The notes under the pieces: generated by a model
What the model was told of the DNA's origin: nothing
Database searches by the model: none
Seen by the model: only the letters and a program-made list of their open reading frames with translations
Made by a program: the position numbers and the translations under genes
From: Curvularia clavata
Lineage: Eukaryota
Direction: 5' to 3'
NCBI GenBank assembly: GCA_023920165.1
Contig: CP089278.1
Location: 682,001-746,000, forward strand
DNA: 64,000 nucleotides
Shown here: positions 12,313 to 25,196 of the stretch, piece by piece
How the letters are laid out: the number at the start of each line of letters is the position of its first letter
How positions within the stretch are numbered: position 1 is the first letter of the stretch

Positions 12313-14284
12313 ATGCCATCGAGTTTCAGGAACAAAACTGGTGCATCCACCTCGAGATTGCAACCTGGTGATGATGCTACTAGCAGAGATTTGAGACATG
12401 GATCAGATCAGCAAGAGTCACAGTACCTTTCGGGAGTTGCCGATTTCGTAGCACGCGACCACACTTCGCCAGCGTCACTGGAGAACAGTACCGAAAATGT
12501 CACGAATGCATCTAGTAAAAGAAGAACCGGGCCTTACGACATATCCGTGAATACCAATGTACCTGGATCAGACCCAGCTGTCCCCGCTGTGGACGAGACA
12601 GAACAAGCTGAAGCCGCGAGTAATCAACCGGTATCATGGAGTTCACTCCCGCGAAAAGACCAACTTCTAGTCCTCGTACTAGCACGATTATCTGAGCCTT
12701 TAACCCAGACCTCCCTGGGCTCCTACCTCTACTACCAACTTCAATCCTTCAACCCCTCTCTACCAGAGTCCACAATTTCCTACCAAGCCGGCATCATCGG
12801 CGCCACCTTCCCCGCGACACAGTTCCTAACCGCGATGCTCTGGGGCCGCTTCTCAGATTCAGAGTACGGAGGTCGCAAACGAACTATTTACCTTGGCCTG
12901 GTAGGCACCATGCTGAGTACGATTGGGTTCGGCTTCTCAAATAGTTTTGCCATGGCGGTGTTCTTCCGGTGTTTGGGCGGGATCCTGAATGGGAATATCG
13001 GGGTTATGAGGACGATGATTAGTGAGATTATCAAGGAGAAGAAGTTTCAGAGTAGGGCGTTTCTGCTCATGCCGATGACGTTTAATGTGGGAGTCTTGAT
13101 TGGGCCGGTGCTTGGTACGTAGGACATCTTGGGTGGTTGTGACGTTACTGACTTGAATAGGTGGTGTGCTCGCTGACCCTGTGGCCAGCTATCCGGGGTT
13201 GTTTGGACCGGGGTCCGCGTTTGGTGGGAAGGATGGAGTGCAGTGGATGATGAAGTATCCGTATGCACTGCCGAACCTCGTCAGTGCCATGTTCTTATGC
13301 CTATCATCCTTCGCAGTACTATTCTTCCTCGAGGAAACAGGTGAGGCGTGTAAAGACCGACCTGACTTTGGACTCCGAATGGGCCGATGGATACTCAGGA
13401 CGGTATTCCGTCGAGACGTCGCTCCCGAACCAGGCTACAACATAATCCCAAGCGACGACTTGGAGTTGCAGCAAACACCTACCTCTCCCCATGTGCATAG
13501 TGCAGCAGGGTTAGACAAGCCCAGTAAACACAATCGACAAAAGCTTCCCTTCCGCCGCATCTGGACCCGCAACCTCATCGTCACACTCTGCGCTCACGGC
13601 GCCCTAGCCATGCATGTCGGCACCTTCAACGGCCTCTGGACCCTTCACCTCTCCACCCCACGCTTCGATCCCGCGCACCCACATCCACCCAACTTCACTC
13701 CCCATGGCCTGTTCTTCACAGGCGGACTCGCCATGCCCCCCGCACGCATCGGCCTCGCCCTCGCCATCATCGGTGTGATTGGTCTCCCCCTGCAACTCCT
13801 CGTGTACCCAAGAATATCCCACAAACTCGGTACTACACGTTGTTTCCGCACTTTCCTCGCCCTCTTCCCTCTTATGTATACCCTCGTTCCTTTCCTCAGT
13901 CTCGTACCTAGCTGGACACCGCCGCCGCACGGTGTATCGGGCCCGTGGATTTGGATCGCGATTACATGCGCGCTGTCGATTCAGGTGCTGGCGCGCACGT
14001 TTGCGCTGCCTTGTACGGCTATTCTTATCAACAATGCGAGTCCGCATCCGTCGGTGTTGGGGACCGTGCATGGAATTGGGCAGTCGGTTTCGAGTCTTAC
14101 GCGGACGTTTGGGCCGGTGTTTTTCAGTTGGTTGTTTGGAAGAGGGCTAGATAGGGGTATGGTAGGGCTGGCGTGGTGGTGTATGGCGGGTGTTGCTGTG
14201 GGCGGATGGGTGTTGGCGCAGGGAGTGAGGGAGGGGGATGGGCATGAGATTTTGCTGGAGGGGGAGAAAAGGGAGGAAAGATGA
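12313..14284 (+). CDS. MFS transporter (12-TMS, Tet/ZIFL-like)
   Basis: Exon 12313-13114, intron 13115-13160, exon 13161-14284. Motifs SWSSLPRKDQL, WGRFSD..GGRK, GGILNGNIGVMRTMISE, YPYALPNL, SLTRTFGP. Confidence 0.9.
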
Positions 14285-14619
14285 GAAATACGGCAGTGTT
14301 GTGAAGTATAGAGGCTGGAACGAAATAAACATTCTTTTTGATAGAACCGGACTTCCAAGTCATCGTACTCTTCTTCATATGCTTGCACGCCACACTAAAT
14401 TTACGGCATTACGAAACCTCTTGACATTGACAACTAGAAACGCAATTGCAATTAGGTGGTGATGCATGGAACTATATTGCCCACACCTACATTGAACTCG
14501 GCTGCTCCTATCTAAGACTAAAACGCATGGACTCAAGCAAATGAACTATTTGCAAGTGTACGTGCTGAGAAATCATGATTGTGAACCAGAAATTCATCAT
14601 CTATCCCTCTCATGCAAAT

Positions 14620-15295
14620 GATAACAACACCTTGTTTCGAGACGGCAATAAATTACGTTTGTTTAAATCCAAGCACAGCTGGCGCGCTCATTGCTCAATT
14701 CCTCCCCTATCCTCAAGGATAGTATCATACGATCTTGTCACGATCCCCTCCTTCAAGCTCTTTCGCTTCAATGCAAAGCCCTATATCACCGACAAAGTAT
14801 ATGCGAAGGCATATAGCTCTAGAATCTCGTGATATATGGAGAGGGGAGACCCATTGGCCAAACTTCTCTATGACCTCTTTGGCCAACACCGGTCCCATCC
14901 GCTTGTTGATCCTCACGCGGATAGGCTTAGAAACTTCGCTCATGGCCTCATTATATAGACCCTTCTACTAGACTACATAGCTTCAATGTCAAACAGGATG
15001 TGGATCACATTGTTTGGAGTGTGTGGGCAGATTGAACAACGTTGTGTAGCCAAGTCAGTTCATTCGGAACACCCGGTCAGTTGAACCATTTGCCGTTCTC
15101 ATGCCACCAATCAAACATCGTCGAATCGCCCATGGGTATATTCTCGATTGGGTGAAACTTGTTTACCAAGAACTGATGTGATAAGTGTGGATGGAGAGAC
15201 CGGACGGGGCATATCGAATTGTTCTCTCTTATATACGTAGTTGCGTGCTGTCATTATAATGACCCCGGTGACTTCCAACCTCTTTGTTGAATGAT
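14620..15295 (-). pseudogene. Decayed gene of a fungal hypothetical family with a WWxxNGKxFxWxxLPxEL (F-box-like) motif
   Basis: Minus frame reads IQQRGWKSPGSL**QHATTYIRENNSICPVRSLHPHLSHQFLVNKFHPIENIPMGDSTMFDWWHENGKWFN*PGVPNEL, with stops at 15251-15256 and 15077-15079 (the latter where Trp is expected). A downstream shifted fragment reads EVIEKFGQWVSPLHISRDSRAICLRIYFVGDIGLCI. Family recognised from memory only. Confidence 0.5.
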
Positions 15296-15519
15296 GGAAA
15301 AGACAGAGTAAGCTCAGTTATGCAGTTCCCGATACAGCTCACTCTTCATGTACCAATGTGTAGTGGGAACTTGTCAGAAGCAAAGGATATAAAAGCAGCT
15401 TGCTTTTCCAAACCATTACATTAGGTAAGTGTTTCTTTTCTAGAAATTGTGTTGAATTGTGACACGGATGTCACATCCAAGATGAAGGACGAAATCACCA
15501 CCAACTACCAACAGGCTGC

Positions 15520-18430
15520 GCGCGAATTTGATGGATGTCGGGAGGTTCTCAGCTCGTTGCTGTAAGAATCCAGTTGTAAAATCTCATGAACTCCTTGAGA
15601 GAGTCCTCCTTTAACAGTGGTGATCCTCCCAGTCACTTGGTTTTAGTAGCTCTGAAACTCTGCGATGCAACCCAACTCTATCCTTTCCACGCTCTTGTAA
15701 GCCCTTCGAGTATGAACCTGCTAGACATGCTATCTTGTGCTGTCTAGTACTAAATTTGAGATACAGCGGCTGAATCCCTGTATACATGCGCAGAATAGCA
15801 TACGGAATGCGTTGCACTCGGTAATCCATCCGTTTATGGCTGGGAGTCGATTAACTGCAGTTTCCGGCTGAGCTTCTTTTGAGCTTCAATGCGTCTTTCT
15901 ATCAGAGTTTTTCCAACAAACAATCTTTGAAGTCACAAGAGGTGTCCGAGAATCTCTTGGGCTGGCGAATCGAAGTGTTGTTCGACTCTGACTGAGAATA
16001 TATGATTCCCGCTGACGGGGATATTCCTCCATGGGCTTTATGGAGGTCACTCCACAATGCAACTCCCTACCATCTCTCATGACTCGAAGCTCCATTGCTC
16101 CCTTTTGCAAGTCAGAAGCCCTTCTTCTCATAGTTGCTTAATTGCGAAAGCTTTCTTACGTGAACCGATTCGACAACATAAGACTGCTTGAAGTACCTCA
16201 CGAACTGTTGTCACGTACTTTTGAGGTTGAAATCCTCTGTTCTGGTACGGAGTGTCTTTGTGGTCTCCACAAGTAATGCGCACTTCTCGATTTGGTTCCG
16301 TAAGCATGTCGCTCGTGCACCGAGCATTGGCTGACACTACCAGCATATCTTCGAGAATAGGTAGCCGTCGTATGAGACTAAGTTGTTTCTGTCATCTCAC
16401 ATCCGTCAACTGCTGTAACTCTGACTCGTAGGTTGCAAGATGCGCTATGGTAACGCATAAGGACGTTGATGTATGGTTCTGACCGCTCATGCCTGATCGT
16501 TTCAAGAGGATATCCTAGTGGGAACAACCAGAGGCGCTCTTGCTAAGGTTGCAGCCAGGCCGACACTTTTGTGGAGGTAAGTTCCACCTAGGCCAATGAC
16601 ATGACGCGCATGTCGTTAGATCCATGTGTATCGACCACTCGCTGTCAGCCAGTATGATTTTCAGTACCTGACCGCACTGCTTGTCTCGGTTCCTGTTTCA
16701 TCTTCTTCGGAAAGTTCGTCTTCTTCGAGAAGTACCTTACTGAGAGCATCCTCCCATATGGTATCCACTAGCACTACACAGGTCCAGATGGATTTCGCTC
16801 AATGTATCGTCGTCTTCTGTATCCGCCAGTCTCTCATACTCCCAGTCAGAGTCTTATTCTTAGGTAGTTCAATAGCGACCGTAATTGCTAGAAACTACCA
16901 CCGGTGCTTTTGCTAATGGATTCGGTGTTTGAGGCGGATTTCTCTTTCGAAACCGTGACATCTTTGCAGAATCTTAAGCCATGATTGACCATTGCTTGTA
17001 CAATGGCCCTGAAGTTCATTCGGTAGCTCGCCATCTGGATTGGGTCTGTGCCAGTAAATAAGCGCTGGTGGGTTGCTTTCAATAGTTTCAAGAACTAATA
17101 CTGAGAGTCCTCAGATGCTTTCGAGGCGAGAGGACTGCGAAAATGGCCGCGATACCGAGGACCCAGAAAATGATTTGATTCCAATTCATTGATGCTCCGC
17201 TCATGATCAAAACCCATTCTCTGAATGATCTTCGGGTCTATACCTGCAAAGCGGAATGCGTGCCTAGATGCGAAGAATCAAGAACGAAAGCATGGCCGGA
17301 TGCTGCAGGGGACGTGTGAACATGCTGCTAAGAGAATGATGCATGGGTTTTGTCAAGCTTGGACTTGGCTGTGGTAACATTGCGCTTTGAGCTAGGCAAG
17401 CTGCTTGATCTTTGTTGTCTTCAGCTGACACTCCAAGGGCATGCTGTTCGATATGACGCATAGCAGAGGGGCGGTAGGATTTGCATCGCTATCAGTTCGC
17501 CATGGTAGACGCTACCTCTACCAGCAGGACTATGCTCGCCGGAACGCAAGCAATAAATGTCGCCATGCTTCCTACAAAGCCAGTACCTGCAGCCCAATCT
17601 GGTAACCAGATATTCATCATCGTTGTCAGATGATCAAAACGCGATACTTCTGGCCTCTTTTATAGTCGCCAGCGGTGACTTGAGTACCTTGTTGTAAAGT
17701 CACTGGCGGGTTGGGACGAGATAGTGAAGCTGGTGGGGTATGTATAGGCGATGGTAAGTTTATAGTCTTAGGCGTGTCAAGAACAAGTCCTTGTAGTGAT
17801 GCGTTCGAGTCGTCAGCATTATCGTCTGCGTTCTTCAGGCTGTCGCTGTATATCTTCGGGCTGGTGTGTCCGAAGTTTTCCGTTTTAGATTAGAAAGATT
17901 CGCTGAGATATCAGAGATTGCATGCAGAGAATTGGATAATGCTTCCTGCTCTGGTGTTTTCTCTACTTCTTCCCATCCTTGTAGGAGGTATGTGATATCA
18001 AACTAACGGTAGAATTCCACATGATTCTCTTCGCTCACATGTTCTCCTGGAAAGAGTAGCAGCTTATCTGGGACTTCCTCTCGAAAGTGTGGGATGCCTA
18101 AGTAGAAAACTTCCTGGGCCGTGCCAGGTAGACGGAACGTATCGCAGTGTCTTTGCACGTGGTGTCGTGTTCATCCCAAACCATGATCCACGAAAAGAAC
18201 AAGGAAAATCCCGGTTCAGTTGTAGCAGCCACACTGTGGTCGAGACTATGCGGGCGAGATTTTGCGTTGCTCAAGGCGCAGTATATGGTAGAAAGACTCC
18301 GTAGACGGTCGTGGCGCTGTTGCCACCACTTCATGATCCCTCCCTGCCATTTTTCTTGTAAAGCCGAAGAAAGAAGTCGAAGGCGCGAAGATCGTCGTCC
18401 TACTTTGATCATCTGAGCTGACATAAGAGG
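15520..18430 (-). pseudogene. Probable long decayed coding sequence, unidentified
   Basis: Protein-like minus-strand segments interrupted by stops: ~120 open codons at 17630-17980 (GWEEVEKTPEQEALSNSLHAISD...), VDTIWEDALSKVLLEEDELSEEDE near 16700-16770, and HFDSPAQEILGHLL*LQRLFVGKTLIERRIEAQKKLSRKLQ near 15850-15980. Confidence 0.3.
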
Positions 18431-19149
18431 TCATTTCAGAACAGCCCACCCTGGAAACAGCCGTCCTCTCCGTTACCAAGCTGGATTTCCCGACCTTTCC
18501 GTTTCTTCCATCGAGACTTTATTAAGGGTAGAGCACCAAGAAGACCACCTCATCTGGCGCTTCCGCTGACCCCTAGGGGAAACCGAAAGCTTTCAATTTG
18601 GCACAACCACCGAGACATTCGCATACTTATATGACTGCCTCCGTACCAGTAACAAGCGCGGGTGGGTTACCATGCTATTTAGTAGCTGAAACACACCATC
18701 TGAAAGTGAGTTCCAAAACGGCGCTTCAGGAACTATCAGGTATGCTGCACTTTAGCATTGATTGAGGTTGCCTAGGTAGGACACGGGCTTCTTGTCTTTG
18801 TGTGGCGCGCCAGACGGTGACTTTTGGTTCTGGCGGGACCGCTTTATTGACGGTGCTCTGCTGGCGGTGGGCTCACTGTGCTGCGGCTGGGTAGGTTTCG
18901 AGTGAAAGAGGTCTGTTGTTTCCTTGGATTTGCTTCTCTGCAGAATACTGGAAATTTCGATGGAAACCGCACGTGTTCTCTCTTTCCTATGCTATTCCAA
19001 CCGCTCTGTTTAGCCATCGCTTGTTAGAGCGTTTTCGTACAAGAAAACCGGATCATCGCTATCCGGACCCTAGGCATGAACGGGTTCTTGTGGTACATTA
19101 TAGGTGCTCACTACTTTGGATTAGAGCAAATAGACGACGTTCTATATTG

Positions 19150-21290
19150 GCTGGTGGAACGGCGAATGGGCAGGTAATGGCGCCGATCATGATGCCACAT
19201 CTTCACTATACACCCCGTCGTTGGGTTCTTACAACTTCCCTCAAGTTCAGTTGGGTGTGTAATTCTTTGAGAGGCTTGACGGCGTTGCTGATGTGACGAA
19301 GCGCTTCAACACCTGCGTAGAGGCGATTTTGTGGGAGTGACGGGTTGCACTGTCTATCGAAGCCGAACAAGCCCCTGCTACTGCTCTCTTCTTCAGACGC
19401 GGAGTCAAGGGCGCTCTCGTCCGGCTTTGGCGTGTAATGTGATGTCGTGTTTTTTCTCCAATATCGCTTTAAAGCTCGCTTGCTGCTTCTCGCTTAGTGT
19501 GTTGTGGAAACAAATCCATGCAATATGAAGAAGCCGCTGATTCACCATGTTCATCTTCATTGTTGTTGTCTACTCCATCCAAAAAGCTTTCTTTCCTTCG
19601 GAGCCATAGTTGAGATTTTAGTTGAAACTTTGGTTAAAGTTGTACTGGATGTTTTGATTGGAGGTCGGATGGCGCTGGTGTCAAGGGTATTCAGGCACGT
19701 TCTAGGGCTACGTCAAGTTCTCGTTCCGGGAAAGTGTTGATTCGCCTCGTGACATAGCCATGCATTGACACTCTTGCTGGCGCAGCAACGGAGGCATGTT
19801 TGGTGTGCTCCGCAATCCGTCGATCCAGTTCAAACCATGTGCTGTAATCCTTTTTGGCAGTAGTCGCTTGAACGGGATGATGCAAACGAGAAGTAATGAT
19901 GAATCAACCCCGGTCGCTCAGTATCACTTCATTCTCTACTTCGACCACGCTGAGTGAACGGCGGCTCCGTAAATGTCTTTGTGAGGATATCGGCAGGATC
20001 ACTCTTGCCAGAACTCTAATTGGGCGTGACGCTGCCGTATTTTTCTTTTTCATTCTGTTCATCCGCCTTGTATCCTATTCTGCCATCTCCAGAACTCAAG
20101 CGCGTTTGCGTTGTCCTTTGCTTCACTGGCAATGTCTTCCGCCTGATCGAGCTACTAGACTGTGTAGGCGGCTTCAAGAGGCTAATGCTCTCAATTTGAG
20201 GCACAGAGGATGAGCTTGTCGAGAAAAGGCTCTTGTTGTACGGGTAGAGGTCTTTTCGCAGTAGCGACGTATACAAAAGCCGGGTCCATGCATGGTAGTA
20301 TCTGGATATTGCAGATGCGTGCTGGCTCGAACGATTGCGGAGATGGAACGATCTCTCTCCCTTTTTTCGCAAAATTACTGAGCCATTCCGACAGTCGACC
20401 TTCTACCGAGATGTCTTGAGATATATTGGTTGTGTCTGGCGGTTCTTTTGGGAGCCTTCGCATGGGTCGCGCATGAAATGCAAAGACTGCGACCTTGCAG
20501 TCTGGCGAATACCAAGAGGCTTCAAAACAGCAATTTTCTTACTTTGTAGATCATGGTCTCCTGATTTCTCATCATCGTGCCGCTGTTGGACAGTGATGTG
20601 TGCTCAGTGGCGTGGTAGCCGTGGTTGATGGTTCTAGCGGTGGCTGAACTTGTATTGGCGTTGGGTTATTGCTCTTCTTGCTAATGTGCCCTTGGGGCGG
20701 TATCAAAACAGAAGTACCTTGGAAGAGTAAAAGTGGTAAATTGTTGGTCAAGGTTTCGTCGTTGACCGTGGCCATCTGTCCCGGACCTCGTAGGTGTTGC
20801 GAATATATTTGTAATGTTGGCAAGTGCATATGCGAGTCTTGGACACGCCAAATGAGTGCATTTTCAGCTGCGATGGTCGGATACATGGCAATTAGCTAAT
20901 GCCGCTCAAGTTGGTGCACTTAGAGGTGTTTTTTGAAGGTTGATATAAGGCCATTTGTCGCAAATCGCGGCGGCAGCCGCACAACCCATTCATGACTGCT
21001 TCAAGTGTCTTCTTTTGATGACGAGTCCAGTTCCATATGTGCAGCCCAAATGTCGTGCACAACTTAGCATTGCTTTTGTCTTCGAAGTTTTTGGTGATTT
21101 GGGCTTCTGCGAGTCCACTGTTATGCATGCGTTGGAAATTTCTGGGTTGTGAATCGAGGAATGACATCGAAGATCCCTACATCCTTGCCACCCTCAACGG
21201 ATATGGTGATCCGCTTGCAGTCATCATCTCTTTACCGTTCCGCGATTCTCAGAGAGTAAGAGACTGTATTGTGAAGTGCCTGGAGTAGGC
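19150..21290 (-). pseudogene. Probable decayed coding sequence, unidentified
   Basis: One frame reads ...WAAHMELDSSSKEDT*SSHEWVVRLPPRFATNGLISTFKKHL*VHQLERH*LIAMYPTIAAENALIWRVQD... (stops e.g. 20920-20922, 20896-20898). It is followed by further stop-broken, protein-like fragments down to ~19150. Confidence 0.35.
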
Positions 21291-23204
21291 AATGCGCAGA
21301 ACTGCCACCTGAGTTGGAATGTTATGATTTGAGCCTCCATCTTTCACATTATCCAAGTGTAATGCTAGTGGTCGAGCTGGAACGATCAGACATACTCCTC
21401 AATATTTTTTTTCGAGCAGGGGTGGGAAGATGAATGCTAATCGGTTTGGCGTTATGTTAACGCTCTAGTTCATCATCAACTTTTCGAGGTTTGGATCGGG
21501 TGCTTGCGGCGTCCAACCTCGTAATGTGACACCGTTGGATGGATTGGTATAAGCCGGTTGACCGTTGAATGTGTTTCTGAGTCTCAACAGTGCTTCAAAG
21601 AGGTGAGCTGCACCAGTAGTCCATGAGCGCAACAGCGATAACATCCGCGCGAGGAGGTAAACCCGTACTGACAGATAAATTACATGCGCAGTACGCTGTA
21701 TAAGTCCTCACTTGTTATGCATTGTCTTATACGTCCCCTGTCGCCACGATATCCTTGTCCGCCGCTCATAGCGCATCCTTGTGAACACTCCTCGGCGCAG
21801 TCCGAGTCCTCGCTGTATCGCGCTGTTACCTGCGCATGCGCTCATTTTCGAAGATGCAGTTGAATTGGTACCAGTTCTTTTTTTGCTCGTTGGCGATCAA
21901 GTAGAGTCGGTGGGAGGTGATGTTTGTATATAGGGTGAAAAATGTCAAGGGTTCCAGTTTGTGATATATATGCGACAAATAAGCAGCCTCCAAACACTTC
22001 GCTGCTCATTCTGATATCTCAAGATGCTCATTCCTTCTCTCTCGGTTGTCTGCCAAGAGTTGTCAAGTCCTCTGGCAGCTTTGGTAGAAGAAGGCAGGGG
22101 TCTCGTCCTTAGTTGCGCGTTGTTTACGTTGGTGAGACCAACCTGCCTTGTCGCCGATATGTGTGTCCATCTCGGTATAGATAACTTCGAATTCTTACCG
22201 CCGTAGAGAAAATATGGGATAATGAGATTGAAGACGAGTGCTGCGTAGTTGTCCGCGCTTGGTACGTGGGCGAGTTGTCAGTGACTTCCCCTTTGTCGCG
22301 AGTACCTGACAAATGTGAGAATGCCGGCTCCCGAAGAGTCCCAGACATTATCTGATACGGAGAAGTCTTCGTAGAGAAAAGATATAAATTGTGAGACAAA
22401 CTGGGGGCATTGGAAGTATGGAAGTATAGAAGTGCTGTCGTGAAGATCCATCGAAAAAGAATTCGTCATATTTATCGACTGGAAGTATTTGGTAGTCGAT
22501 AGTGGATTTGACTCCGATTTCCCGCTCTCTATGCTATCGTGCGGGGTATCTCCATTTGCGTTTTCGTTTTCGAAACTTGCATAAGTCTCCACCCTTTCAC
22601 CGCCTGGCAAACAACGTCCGAGGAACCAAGCAGTAAATGTGTGTTTTTTTTTGCTTGTTTGATGATACCCACATGTATTTTGGGATTATAGTGTTGTTAT
22701 GCAAAAGCGGTCACACGATGTGAGCAAGATATCGTCCGCGGACCAGTGCTGATTGTGAGCTATGAGATCCCATTGATTGCGACGGCTGCAAGCGCAAAAT
22801 CATGAGATTGTGAAAGCGCTCATCTCTTTGTCTAACACGGTAAGTAGCACCGGAATAGTCAGGTCCGGTGACCATGGCAAACGAGGCAGCCAAATCTTGA
22901 TCGGGTACCAGTTTGTAGGACGTATCCTCCCACACGAGCAAAAACGACAGAGCGTTTTGTTGACTGTTCACTCACGGGAGAACGCAGGACTATATCATAA
23001 AGGAAGATCTTGAGTTGATTACAGTGGCAATGGATTGAATTTAGTAATACAATTAGTACAGAAAGCGATGTTAAAGGGAAACATGTCAAAGAAAATAACA
23101 AATTGCACCCAGTGATGACTATGATATGACGCCACCAATGCTGTTACCCAAAAAGGCCTATCCCAGGCCACATTACGCCAAGATGCAAGACGGGAACTGT
23201 GCAG

Positions 23205-25196
23205 TCACAGCATATTGCGAACCACAATACAGGGGTTGTTTCTCACATCCCTGACTAAAGGCGCAGTGTTCATTTCAGGAGTGCGTGAGGGATAATAAAA
23301 ATTGTGCGGAGGGGAATGGTCATTGAGAAAAACGGCCGACCTAGCCGGAGAGCGTGTGTGAGTGAAAAGCGGATACGTTGGCATGGGTAGTGACTCGGTT
23401 GGTGATACCATGTGCTGATTGAAGGAATCACGTGCGCTTGAAGGAGTGAGTGGTGAGAATTGGGGCAGGCGCTGGGTATCCGGATTATTGAACCAACTGT
23501 GAATAGCCGCGCCCATAGGAGAGGTCAAATCTTGAACGGACCCTGGTCGGGAGTTTTCTTCGTTGAGCGTCGATAGCGGTGCCGTTTGTAAGCGGGGCTT
23601 TGTGTCAGTGTGGGGCGTCGGGACATCTTGTGAACGTTTACGGGAGAAGGCTCCGCTTAGTGGTGGAGTGCGAGGACTCAGCTTCGCTGAAGTGTGTGGA
23701 ATGCTGTGGTCTGTTGTGGAACTCATGATTTTAGAAGACTGTTCGCCTACTAGTACTAATGTCTGTGTTTGGGATTGTGGAGTTCCGACTATTGATTGGT
23801 GAGGCGGGGAGAGCAAAGAGGATTGCGTGTGTGAGCTAGTCAAAGCTGGAGTAGCAGAGCAGCTAGAGTAGCATGAACTCGGACTTGGAGGACTGATACA
23901 TGGTGTTCTCGGGGGTGGAATCGGTGCCTTTCTTGAAGGCACGAAGGAATGTAGAAGCAGAGCTTGAGGCGATGCGCTCCATGGTGACCATCTGCTGGAA
24001 CTTTGTGACCGCGGACTCACTAGCTCGTTGCTGTTTTTTGTAGTACCGCGATGTGGTATGTAGATGTTCAAGCCCCGTACGCTTGGCTTTTCTTCCGATG
24101 AGAGTTGAAGCCCTGTGGTTGATCGTCGAATCATTGACCGTGCAAAGGAAATGCAGGGTGAGACTCTTGGCACAAGTTCGTATCCAACCGTGCTCTCTGT
24201 AGATGAGTTCTGAGAACGGATATCCCTAGACTTGCAGTGTCTCCGAAACCAGAGTGAAGATCTTGAGTAAGCAGTCTCTTCATCCTGGATACGTCTTGAG
24301 ACTTTTAAAGTAGATGCTTGTAACCTTCTATCAAGGTCTCTACAGTAGGGCATTATAAACGGGATACTCGCTGTAATGATGCTGAGACAAATCTGAACTT
24401 GAGATGCTATCATTGGCTCCCAAACTAGATATCGATGATTGTTTTGTGTTGCGAGAGGGTCAAGCCAAATGAGGCGAGTGATTGCTGCTCCCGCAGTCAG
24501 AAGACGAGGGGCAAAACATGAGACGACTGCAATCTTGCGCGACAGCCGCATCTGAGTGTATGTAGCGATCTTCGCCGATACTATCACCAGCATGATCTCG
24601 GTGAGAACGTCGATGGTAGTGTAAATGATCCAGAATATTTTCTGTCTTGATTAGTGACCAAGCTATGCTCTGAAAACAAATCACTTACAGCATTGATACA
24701 ATGTGAACCTTCTATTCTCCACGGACGTGGAAGCCCACACTGAACGGCTATAGTCACCAGAGAAACCAAAGTCCAAACAAGAATCAAAGTCCCAAGACTA
24801 AGCACAACACGGCGAATGAACCGCTTACCACCGACAATGTTATAAAAAAGGATGAGAATCGAGAGCTTGGGAAAGCAGATAGCGGAGATGTAGAATAGCT
24901 CCGATGCATAGTAGCCTTTCGATATAACTTCTTCTTGTTCCGAATTGAAAGAGGCAGAAGAATCTGGGTGGTCGGCTGCGAGTGCGAGTGTGGTGACGGA
25001 TAGGCTGATAGCAAATACCTGTTTCCATCAGCCTCAACGTCTGGTCAACTGTTCACTCACTTACAGATGCAAGAAGAATGAAACCGTCGTCGAGCCCAGC
25101 TTTTCTAAGAATCATGGCCTTGATAGACTGTCGCACGATGAGGACGACTGCCACAACAACTGCAATAGTCCATGATATTATCTTGACAGCGTCCAT
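23205..25196 (-). CDS. Pth11-like (fungal rhodopsin-domain) integral membrane protein without CFEM, with a long Ser/Pro-rich C-tail
   Basis: Exons 25196-25065, 25018-24689, 24641-23205. Motifs GLDDGFILLA, YYASELFYISAICFPKLSILILF, AVQCGLPRPW...CIN, IDVLTE, KIAVVSCFAPRL, QICLSIITASIP. Confidence 0.85.

Noticed and set aside
21690..21850. Small minus-strand Cys-containing frame (..SDCAEECSQGC..)
   Set aside because: No start codon or signal peptide in frame; indistinguishable from chance.
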